DNA of 64,000 nt from an uncultured Candidatus Saccharibacteria bacterium (lineage in GTDB: Bacteria; Patescibacteriota; Saccharimonadia; Saccharimonadales; Saccharimonadaceae): NCBI GenBank assembly GCA_927910745.1, contig CAKMNX010000028.1:11653-75652 (forward strand), in the 5' to 3' direction. The notes beneath the pieces were generated by a model that did not search any database, was not told the origin of the DNA, and saw only the letters and a list, made by a program, of their open reading frames with translations. The position numbers were made by a program, and so were the translations under genes. Below, piece after piece: positions 41,277 to 50,397 of this stretch (the stretch's first letter is position 1; each line of letters opens with the position of its first letter).

Positions 41277-43507
41277 ATGAGTATTCAGAAAGTAAAAATT
41301 AATTTTGAGCATTGTTATGGCATTCATAAGCTATGCAGCAACTTTGACTTTTCTAAATCTAATATGCAGCTAATTTATGCTCCGAACGGCACTATGAAAA
41401 CGTCTTTTGCAAAAACTTTTAAGGATATGAGTGATCCTAGAGGAAAAACTAAACCTCACGATCAGCTCAATGAAACTTTGCAGCCGACTTGCAAAGTTAT
41501 GGTTGAAGACGACAGCGGAAGTGAGCGACAGATAACACCTGATGAAATTAAGGTCATTAAGTCTTACGATGAATCTGCGTTCAAGTCAGAAGAGGCCATC
41601 CTCACCCTACTAGCTAACAAAGAGATTCGCCAACAATATGTTGATATTTTTAAAGAATTAGACAATGAGAAAAAATCTGCATTAAGTCCCTTAAAAAAGA
41701 TCACTGGCAGTAGTAATTACGAGCAAGAGATAATTGGTGCTTTTTCTGATCCAGGAACCAAAAAACTTTCGATATTTGAAGTTTTGGCTACCATAGTAGA
41801 CGACGTAAAACAGTCAAATAGTACCTTTGATTTTGTTTATAATCATGTATTTGATCCTAAGGGGAAAGTGCGTGACTTTCTAGATGAAAATTATGACTTG
41901 TTGCAAAAATATAGTGAGAAATATAATGAACTGTTATCAAGCTCGCAATTCTTTTCAAACAACGGAGAGCGAGCTTTTGGTACGATTGAAGCAGGCGCTC
42001 TTCGTGATTCAATAAAAGGCGATGAATATTTCGAGTCGGGTCATAAACTCTCGTTAAAGATGAGACTATGGTTGACAGCGCCGATAAACTGTCTGAGATT
42101 ATCGATGATGAGATTAAAAAAGTTTTTGATAATCAAGAAATTAAAGATACTTTTGACAAGATTGACAAGAAGCTACAAGGAAACCAAGAGCTAAGAAATT
42201 TTAAAAAAGTTATAGAGAAAGATAAAACTCTGATTGCCAAACTGACTAATTATAATGAGTTTCGTAAGGAAGTTTGGTATAGCTTTCTAAAACAAGTCGA
42301 GCCTGGGGTCAGTGGTTTAGTTGAAAACTATAATACGAAAAAGCCAGATATTGAGACGATTGTGGCTGCGGCGAATGGCTCTAAGGGCTTGTGGCACGAT
42401 ACTGTAAAAGAGTTTATGACTCGATTTACAGGCTTACCTTTTTCTTTTGGTATTGAAAACATAGGTGATGCTATTTTAGGCAAAGATATGCCGACTATTA
42501 CATACCGTTACGGCAATAAATTAGTAGACCAAAGCGTGCTAACAAAAGACATTCTAAGTCAGGGAGAGCGACGTGCTTTCTATCTATTGAATGTAATATT
42601 TGACATAAAATCACGAGAAAAAGAAAATAAAGAAACTCTATTTATTATAGATGACATTGCCGACTCGTTTGACTATAAGAACAAGTACGCTATTATTCAG
42701 TACTTAAACGACTTAAACAAGAGCGAAAATTTCAAAAGCATTGTTTTAACTCATAATTTTGATTTTTACCGTACACTACAAGAGCGAATACTAGCAAGCG
42801 GTAAACGGGATTATTCGTTTATAGCAGAAAGAAATAATGACGAGATTAGATTATTGCCGGGCGGGAAGAAGGTGATTACCAACCCTTTTAATAAATGGCG
42901 TAATAAATGTAATAGGAAAGAAAAGCTACTTGTTGCCGCCATACCGTTCATACGCGAGCTATATAACTATCAAAAAGGGAATGAATCGCAAGAATATTTA
43001 TTGCTAACACACCTACTTCATGACAAAGAAGCTGACAGTCAAAATAAGATACCAGCTACCTATGATATAAAACTAAGAGATATTGAGTATGTCTTTGATG
43101 GTATGTTGAATGTGCAGTTTAAGTTTCCGAATAAGACTAAAAAAGTTATAGACATTATTTTTAGTGTTGCCGATCAGATCCAGCAAGATCCTCATGACGG
43201 CATAAGCCTAGAGAATAAGATAGTATTGGCTATGGCGACTCGACTCTTGGCAGAGCAAAAAATCCTTATTTATGTAGAGCGTCCGTCAAACATTAGCAAA
43301 AACCAATTCTGGGAATTATACAATGTGTTTCGGAATCAATTTGGAAGTGATGAAACTAAAAAAGGCATATTAGAGGTTCTAGAACAGGTCAATATCATCA
43401 CTCCGGCAAATATCCACATTAATTCATTTATGTACGAGCCAATTATTGACATTGGTATTGATGAGTTAGTTTGTCTATATGATCGAGTAAAGGCTTTGCA
43501 TGAGTAA
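41277..43507 (+). pseudogene. ABC/SMC-like P-loop ATPase (AAA_13/AAA_15-like) embedded in the R-M locus, with an apparent 1-nt frameshift at 42056-42058
   Basis: Walker A (IYAPNGTMKTSF), ABC signature (LSQGERRAF), Walker B (LFIIDDIADSFD) and H-loop (VLTHNF). Two overlapping ORFs are in adjacent frames. A4 in place of A3 would join them. Confidence 0.6.
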
Positions 43508-44649
43508 AATTGACGATTTGATTAAAGAGCTGTGCCCGGATGGGGTGAGGTTTGTTAGAGTTGGCGACGTGGCTGTAATAGGTACAGGCAGATCTGATAG
43601 AAAGGATGCCGTTGAAAATGGCCAATATCCATTTTATGTAAGATCAAAAGTAGTATCTCGAATAGATAGGTACTCATTTGATGAGGAAGCAATTATTATA
43701 CCTGGAGAAGGTGGAGTTGGTGATATATTTCATTATGCGAATGGAAAATATGACCTTCATCAGCGAGCTTATAGAATTGTATTCATAACCAATGAAGTGA
43801 ATACGAAATACGCTCTGTACTATTTTATGAGTCTCTTTAAGAGTTTTATAACCCGAAAAGCGGTGAATGCAACGGTTACATCCATAAGAAAACCAATGAT
43901 AGAGGATTTCCGCATCCCCGTTCCACCTCTTGAGGTTCAAAAAGAGATTGTGCGTGTGCTAGACTCGTTTACAGAGCTAGAAGCAGAGCTAGAAGCAGAG
44001 CTAGAAGCGAGAAAGAAGCAGTACGAATACTATCGTAATGACTTGTTGACATTTGACGATGATGTAATGTGGAGGTCGATGGGTGAGATATGTATTTTTC
44101 AAGGATAGAGTAGCGTCTGATGAGCTTACTGCAGATAATTATGTAGGTGTTGACAATCTTCTTAAAGACAAAAAAGGTAGGACGATATCAAGTTATGTGC
44201 CAGAGTCAGGAATCTGGACAAAATTTGTATCAGGGGATATTCTCATTGGAAACATAAGACCATATTTGCGTAAGATATGGTTGGCGGATATTGAAGGTGG
44301 CACAAATGGTGACGTCTTAGTGTTCCATATTTCAAAAGAATATACGAAAAGAATAACACCTAAATTTCTTTTTCATTGCTTAAGTTCAGAAAGGTTCTTT
44401 ATGTTTATGAATAACACCTCAAGGGGCGCAAAGATGCCTCGCGGAGATAAGAAAGCTATCTTAAACTTTATGATACCGATTCCATCACTATCCGTACAAC
44501 AGCAAACCGTCTCTATCCTTGACAAATTCGAAAAACTTACCAACGATATTTCTGTTGGTTTGCCGGCGGAGATTGAAGCCCGCCGCAAGCAATACGAGTA
44601 TTACCGCAATAAATTACTAACCTTCAAAGAGTTGGAGTGTTCAAAATGA
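43500..44649 (+). pseudogene. hsdS: type I R-M specificity subunit HsdS (two target-recognition domains), frames offset by 1 nt at the T5 run 44095-44099
   Basis: Each half carries a TRD plus a conserved helical spacer ending RKKQYEYYRN(D/K)LLTF. The first ORF already runs into the start of TRD2 (W...GEICIF) before it stops. This argues for one gene with a frameshift rather than two half-genes. Confidence 0.65.
43974..44009 (+). repeat. 3 x 12-bp perfect tandem repeat (gagctagaagca) encoding ELEA x3 in the hsdS central conserved spacer
   Basis: Read directly from the sequence. Confidence 0.9.
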
Positions 44650-47600
44650 AATATGATGTAATTGCTGAAAATAGCGACAGCACCGTCGTCAGTGACTATG
44701 TCTCGCCTTACCAACGGGCGACGAGTTATCAGAGCGAGGCAGAACTAGAGCAGGAATTAATTAAGCAATTGCAGGCGCAGGCGTATGAATATTTGCCGAT
44801 CAAGAGTGAGAGTGATTTAATACGGAATCTGCGCACGCAGTTGGAGAAGCTGAATAATTACACATTTACCGATGCTGAGTGGAAGCGGTTCTTCGCAGAG
44901 CGGATCGCTAATGGCAATGAAGATATTGCTGACAAGACCTTCAAGATTCAGGAAGACAGTACGCAACTATTGCAACGCGATAACGGCGAGGTGATTAATA
45001 TTCGCCTGCTAGATAAAACAAACATTCACAAGAACTGCTTGCAGGTGATCAATCAATACGAGGTGTCGGGTACGCGGGATAACCGTTACGACGTGACGCT
45101 GCTGGTGAATGGTTTGCCGCTGGTGCATATCGAGCTAAAAAGGCGCGGCGTGCCTTTGCAAGAAGCCTTCAATCAGATCAATCGCTATCAGCGGGATAGT
45201 TTTTGGGCGGGTAGCGGGTTGTTTGAACATGTGCAGCTGTTTGTGATTAGTAATGGCACGCATACAAAATACTACAGTAATACGACGCGCTGGCAGCATA
45301 TCAATGAGGCGGGTAAATCAGATTCGCATCGCAGTAAAAAGACCAGCAATAGCTTTGAGTTTACCAGTTGGTGGGCGGATGCTAATAATCGCCCGATTAC
45401 CGATTTGATAGATTTTACGGCGACATTTTTATCTAAGCATACGCTGTTGAATGTGCTGACGAAGTACTGCGTGTTTACCAGCGATAAATTATTGCTGGTG
45501 ATGCGCCCATACCAAATTGTGGCGACTGAGCGTATTTTGAATCGCATCCAGATCGCCACAAATTACAAAAAGCTCGGTACAACTGAGGCTGGCGGTTATG
45601 TGTGGCACACCACAGGTAGCGGTAAGACGTTGACGAGTTTTAAGACGGCACAGCTGGCGAGTAAACTGGACTATATTGATAAGGTGCTTTTCGTGGTTGA
45701 CCGCAAAGACCTCGATTACCAGACGATGAAAGAGTACGATAAGTTTCAGGAGGGTGCAGCGAATAGCAATACCAGTACGCGGGTTCTGACGAGGCAATTG
45801 GGCGATCCAAACGCTAAAATTATCATTACGACCATCCAGAAGCTAGATACATTTATCAAGCGCAATCAAGGACACAAGGCGTTTGATGATCACATAGTTA
45901 TTATCTTTGATGAGTGCCACCGTTCGCAATTTGGCGATATGCATCATGCTATTACCAAAAGTTTTCGTAATTATCATTTGTTTGGCTTTACTGGCACGCC
46001 GATATTTGCTGACAATGCGTCAAGTGGTGGGCGAGTTGATCTACGAACCACCGAGCAGGCGTTTGGTGATAAACTGCATACCTACACCATAGTTGATGCG
46101 ATTACTGACAAGAATGTGTTGCCGTTTCGGATTGACTATATTCGTACGATTCGCGAGGCGGACGAGGTCGATGATCAACAGAAAGTACGAGATATTGATC
46201 GTGAGCAGGCATTGAATGCTCCAGAGCGCATTCGCAATGTTGTGCAATATACCCGTGACCACTTTGACCAAAAGACGATGCGTCATGCTAAATCTTATGC
46301 ATTTACGCGGCTGATGAATGTTCATGAAGTTGCGTCAGCGCGAAATAGAGCGGCGGAAGAGATAAAAGATAAAATTCGGCTGAGCGGATTTAATTCAATT
46401 TTTGCAGTGAGTTCAATTGATACAGCAAAACTTTATTATAACGAGTTTAAACGTCAGCAGGCTGAGCTTCCTGAAGTTAAACGCCTGAAAATCGCTACAA
46501 TTTATAGCTATGGAGCGAACGATCCTGATCTGGAAATGGATGGTATGGATGATGAGAATTCGGAAAATACCGACGGACTAGACATCTCGTCACGTGATTT
46601 TCTGGAGGGCGTAATTCGTGATTATAATGTAACATTTGGCACGAACTATGATGCCAGCTCCGAGCGATTCCAGAATTACTATAAAGACGTGAGTCTGCGG
46701 ATGAAGAATCGAGAGATTGATTTGTTAATCGTGGTGAATATGTTTTTGACAGGGTTTGATGCCACGACGTTGAATACGCTGTGGGTTGATAAAAACTTGC
46801 GGATGCACGGGCTGATTCAGGCGTATTCGCGGACGAATCGTATCCTTAATTCAATTAAAACCTATGGAAATATCGTGACATTTCGTAATTTGGAGAAGGC
46901 GACTAACAAAGCTTTAGCACTCTTTGGCGACAGAGATGCGAAGGGTGTTGTATTGCTGCGGCCTTTCCGGGACTATTATGAGGGCTATGAGGATGCTGGC
47001 AAGAAAACGCCGGGTTATGTTGATTTGATCGCGGAGCTAAAAGATAAATTTCCAGTGGGCGAGATAATTACTGGTGAGCAAGAACAAAAGGAATTTGTGA
47101 AGCTATATGGTGCAATTCTGAGGCTGAAGAATATTCTGTCTAGCTTCGATGAGTTTATTGGCCAAGAGATTTTGAGCCAGCGAGATGTGCAAGATTATCA
47201 CAGCATGTACATTGACCTCTATAATGAACTGCGACCGAAATCTGATGAGAGTAAGGAGAATATCAATGACGATTTGGTGTTTGAGATGGAACTCATCAAG
47301 CAGGTTGAAATAAATATTGATTACATCCTGGAATTGATTCGGCAGTATCATGATAGCCATTTGAATAATAAAGAGATTTTAGTCGATATTGATAAAGCCG
47401 TTAACTCATCTATGGAACTGCGTAATAAAAAGGATTTGATTGAGCAGTTTATCGCCTCACTCACGGTTGATAGCTCAGTATATGGTGACTGGAAGGAGTT
47501 TGTGAAGTCAAGAAAAATCAAAGAGCTAGATCAGATTATTGATGATGAAAAACTAGATAAAAATGCGACATATAGGTTTGTTGAAAATGCTTTTCGCGAC

Positions 47601-47759
47601 GGATATATACAATCAACCGGCACAGGTCTATCGCGGATACTGCCACCAATGTCGCGTTTTGCGCCTAGTGGAGAGCGTAGCAAAAAACGTGAAACAGTGC
47701 TGGAAAAATTGAGAGATTTCTTTGATCGATTCTTTGATGTCTCGAATGAAAGCTTATAG
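44646..47759 (+). CDS. hsdR: type I restriction enzyme R subunit HsdR (intact)
   Basis: N-terminal nuclease region, DEAD-box helicase motifs (TGSGKT, DECHRS) and a C-terminal helical domain. The start overlaps the hsdS stop. Confidence 0.9.
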   Translation: MKYDVIAENSDSTVVSDYVSPYQRATSYQSEAELEQELIKQLQAQAYEYLPIKSESDLIRNLRTQLEKLNNYTFTDAEWKRFFAERIANGNEDIADKTFKIQEDSTQLLQRDNGEVINIRLLDKTNIHKNCLQVINQYEVSGTRDNRYDVTLLVNGLPLVHIELKRRGVPLQEAFNQINRYQRDSFWAGSGLFEHVQLFVISNGTHTKYYSNTTRWQHINEAGKSDSHRSKKTSNSFEFTSWWADANNRPITDLIDFTATFLSKHTLLNVLTKYCVFTSDKLLLVMRPYQIVATERILNRIQIATNYKKLGTTEAGGYVWHTTGSGKTLTSFKTAQLASKLDYIDKVLFVVDRKDLDYQTMKEYDKFQEGAANSNTSTRVLTRQLGDPNAKIIITTIQKLDTFIKRNQGHKAFDDHIVIIFDECHRSQFGDMHHAITKSFRNYHLFGFTGTPIFADNASSGGRVDLRTTEQAFGDKLHTYTIVDAITDKNVLPFRIDYIRTIREADEVDDQQKVRDIDREQALNAPERIRNVVQYTRDHFDQKTMRHAKSYAFTRLMNVHEVASARNRAAEEIKDKIRLSGFNSIFAVSSIDTAKLYYNEFKRQQAELPEVKRLKIATIYSYGANDPDLEMDGMDDENSENTDGLDISSRDFLEGVIRDYNVTFGTNYDASSERFQNYYKDVSLRMKNREIDLLIVVNMFLTGFDATTLNTLWVDKNLRMHGLIQAYSRTNRILNSIKTYGNIVTFRNLEKATNKALALFGDRDAKGVVLLRPFRDYYEGYEDAGKKTPGYVDLIAELKDKFPVGEIITGEQEQKEFVKLYGAILRLKNILSSFDEFIGQEILSQRDVQDYHSMYIDLYNELRPKSDESKENINDDLVFEMELIKQVEINIDYILELIRQYHDSHLNNKEILVDIDKAVNSSMELRNKKDLIEQFIASLTVDSSVYGDWKEFVKSRKIKELDQIIDDEKLDKNATYRFVENAFRDGYIQSTGTGLSRILPPMSRFAPSGERSKKRETVLEKLRDFFDRFFDVSNESL

Positions 47760-47786
47760 AGTGCAGAAATTAGAGGGTTGCATTTC

Positions 47787-48020
47787 ATGAAAATCCCCGC
47801 TCGCATCAAACCCAACTCCCGCCACCGCGAAGAAGTCGTGGTGGGTAGCGACGGCACGTATATCATCTACACCAAGGCGCCAGCGATTGAGGGCCGGGCG
47901 AATGCGGCGGCTATTAAGCTGCTGGCTCAGCATTTTGGCGTAAGTAAAAGCCAGGTTCGACTGTTGCGCGGGGCAACATCAAAACATAAGGTCTTTGATA
48001 TCGATAGTGTAGTTCTATAA
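47787..48020 (+). CDS. DUF167 (YggU) family protein
   Basis: ...TKAPAIEGRANAAAIKLLAQHFGVSKSQVRLLRG matches YggU. Confidence 0.55.
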   Translation: MKIPARIKPNSRHREEVVVGSDGTYIIYTKAPAIEGRANAAAIKLLAQHFGVSKSQVRLLRGATSKHKVFDIDSVVL

Positions 48021-48349
48021 AACACATAGCTGGCTGGGCACAGAGTACCTAACAAAAATGACAATATAGCTTTTGTAAACAGTACATCGCCAAGGATTCT
48101 AGTGCATATAATGTACACGAGAAAAGTGAGGCGCGATAAAACGCTGAACCTCAAATTGCAGAGTATATTTCTTCCTTCTGTACGCGTTTGCCTTGCCTTA
48201 CCTCATTGGATAAAGCGATGACAACACCGTCATTAATCTGATAAGTATTTTATTGCAGTGCATTAATCTGCTTTTACAATGCCGACGTGTATAAGTGTAG
48301 GAAAGAAGGGCAAGGCACTCAAAGAATCTTAATATTCAGGTGTATATTC

Positions 48350-49864
48350 CTACGGATAATTAACACCTGGCGCAGTCTTGCCCAGTAGTGTCTGCACGGT
48401 AACGAAGCGATAGCCTTGCTGTTTGAGTGTGCTGAGGATACAGGGCACAGCATTCACAGAGGTGGGGTGAATGTCGTGCATGAGGATGATAGCGCCTGGT
48501 CGTGCACCAGCGACGGCACGGTTGCAGACGATGGTGCTATTGCGATCAGCCCAGTCGCGCGTATCGACCGACCATAAGATAGAGGCCATACCGCGCTGGC
48601 GCAGTTGCTCGAGGACAACGCTATTTACTGCACCATATGGTGGGCGCATGATAGTCGGTGCAACGCCTGTTGCTTGGGTAATGGCACTGTTAGTACGGTC
48701 GATCTCGCTGCCGATTGCTTCTGCACTATACTGTGGCAGAACCGGATGACTCCACGAGTGATTCCCGAGCTGGTGACCACTGGTATGGATGCGGCGCACA
48801 ACGTCAGCACGGGCCGCAACTTTGCTGCCGATCATGAAGAATGTGCCTTTTGCACCATATTGGTCTAGGGTGTCAAGTAGCTCGTTGGTATATGGTCCAG
48901 GCCCGTCGTCGAAGGTGAGGGCAATGCAGGCTTGAGCGCAGGACGCAGAGGGCGCTGGTGCGGCTGGTGCAGGGGTAGCAATTGGCTTGGGCTGCAGCTT
49001 GGGCAGGGCAGGAATGGTGGCAATTTGCCGCGCCTGGGTGGTTTGCAATGCAGCGAGGATACTGGTGAAGGGGAGAGAGATCGTCATTGTGCCATACGAT
49101 GACGGCACGAGTGCAGCTTGGCTAAACGGCCAGGCAAGTGTATTGTCATTGGTGATAATGAAGTTGGTGAGTGCGTCTTCTGTGACCATTTCGCCAAGAT
49201 CGACGGCTGGCTGCTGGCGCTCGGCAATCGTGGCAGCAACGGAGCGCTGCGCCGCATCAATGATGGTGCGGAGATATGCGGTATTGCCACCAACGAGGTC
49301 GCGCAGGGTGATAGCCGCGCCCGTCTGCTTGTTGAATGTCCAAAATCGGGTGAAGCTGGCGGGATGAGCACCGTGGGTGTCTTGGTTAGCTTGGACAATA
49401 ACGGATAGGGCGGTATTGGTATTGTGGGTAATTTGGTAACTGATTGCCTCAGTCATTGGTCGGTGGAAGGTGCGGCCAGCTGCGACGCTTTGGCGAAACT
49501 CGTGGTCGAGCTGGTCAATGGCGCTCGCGACGGTGGTGTCGATCGTGCGGTTGCCTGTCAGTGGATATTCGAGTGAAGCTTTTTCTTTGGCAGAGGTGCG
49601 GCTGACCAGCTTCGAGCGGATGCCTTGGTAGCGCGAATCAACGAAGGAGTATTTCTCATCTGTTTTGTCAGTTGTGCGCGTGGCTGGTGGGGAAGGCTGT
49701 GGTGTAATAGGCCGCACCACATGGACGATAACAAGGGTAACAATGAGGCCGCATAATGCACAGGCAAGTAGTGTAAGCAAGATGACCATGCGGCGTCGCG
49801 CTTGGGTGCAGCGTTTGTGGTGTCGCTGCAAGCGTGATGCTGGTGAGGGAGATTGATGCTCCAT
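48350..49864 (-). CDS. PdaC-like polysaccharide (peptidoglycan) deacetylase: TM helix + DUF3298/DUF4163-like + NodB domain
   Basis: NodB motifs LTFDDGP, HSWSHP and LMHD. N-terminal TM anchor. Confidence 0.75.
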   Translation of the reverse strand: MEHQSPSPASRLQRHHKRCTQARRRMVILLTLLACALCGLIVTLVIVHVVRPITPQPSPPATRTTDKTDEKYSFVDSRYQGIRSKLVSRTSAKEKASLEYPLTGNRTIDTTVASAIDQLDHEFRQSVAAGRTFHRPMTEAISYQITHNTNTALSVIVQANQDTHGAHPASFTRFWTFNKQTGAAITLRDLVGGNTAYLRTIIDAAQRSVAATIAERQQPAVDLGEMVTEDALTNFIITNDNTLAWPFSQAALVPSSYGTMTISLPFTSILAALQTTQARQIATIPALPKLQPKPIATPAPAAPAPSASCAQACIALTFDDGPGPYTNELLDTLDQYGAKGTFFMIGSKVAARADVVRRIHTSGHQLGNHSWSHPVLPQYSAEAIGSEIDRTNSAITQATGVAPTIMRPPYGAVNSVVLEQLRQRGMASILWSVDTRDWADRNSTIVCNRAVAGARPGAIILMHDIHPTSVNAVPCILSTLKQQGYRFVTVQTLLGKTAPGVNYP

Positions 49865-49968
49865 ATCGCTAGTATAGCAAAATAATGAGCATAAGCGCCA
49901 TAATAGATATGATGATTATGCTCGCACCTATTGCACCAGCGCAGCCTATGGTATAATTTAGGCAGAAT

Positions 49969-50397
49969 ATGGGACCACAACAGCCGCGATTCAATAGTTT
50001 TCCCGAGCAGCCTCGGGCAAACAACCAGAATATCTACCGTTCGCCGGCGCCTCAGGCGCACGAGCGGCTTCCTGCGCTCATGCCCGAGCGTCGGAGCGAG
50101 CAGCAGCCCGCTGACACGCATGAAATGATGCCGATGGTCCCGCAGAGCCTCACGCTGCCAGCTCTTCCTACTACGGTTATTGCTGCGCCACAGCCCGACC
50201 CAGATACGACTGTCACAGCTGCTCCTGCAACTGCTGCAGACGAAGATCTGATTGAAAAAGACTGGGTTATCAAGCTCAAGCAGATCATTAAGGATACCCA
50301 AGACGACCCCTACCAGCGTGAGCAGCAGGTTAGTGCTCTGCAGCGCGACTATATCTACAAACGCTATGGGCGCAAAATTGGCGCAACGGAGAACTAG
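49969..50397 (+). CDS. hypothetical Pro-rich protein, translationally coupled to the downstream ATPase
   Basis: Its stop abuts the ATG at 50398. The C-terminal 50 aa look like a globular domain. The antisense 329-aa ORF was rejected. Confidence 0.35.
   Translation: MGPQQPRFNSFPEQPRANNQNIYRSPAPQAHERLPALMPERRSEQQPADTHEMMPMVPQSLTLPALPTTVIAAPQPDPDTTVTAAPATAADEDLIEKDWVIKLKQIIKDTQDDPYQREQQVSALQRDYIYKRYGRKIGATEN

Noticed and set aside
43500-44649. Interpretation as two naturally separate half-hsdS genes
   Set aside because: The first ORF already runs into the start of TRD2 (W-x3-GEICIF) before stopping. The two ORFs overlap by 26 nt in adjacent frames. A frameshift in one gene is more parsimonious, though natural half-S genes cannot be fully excluded.
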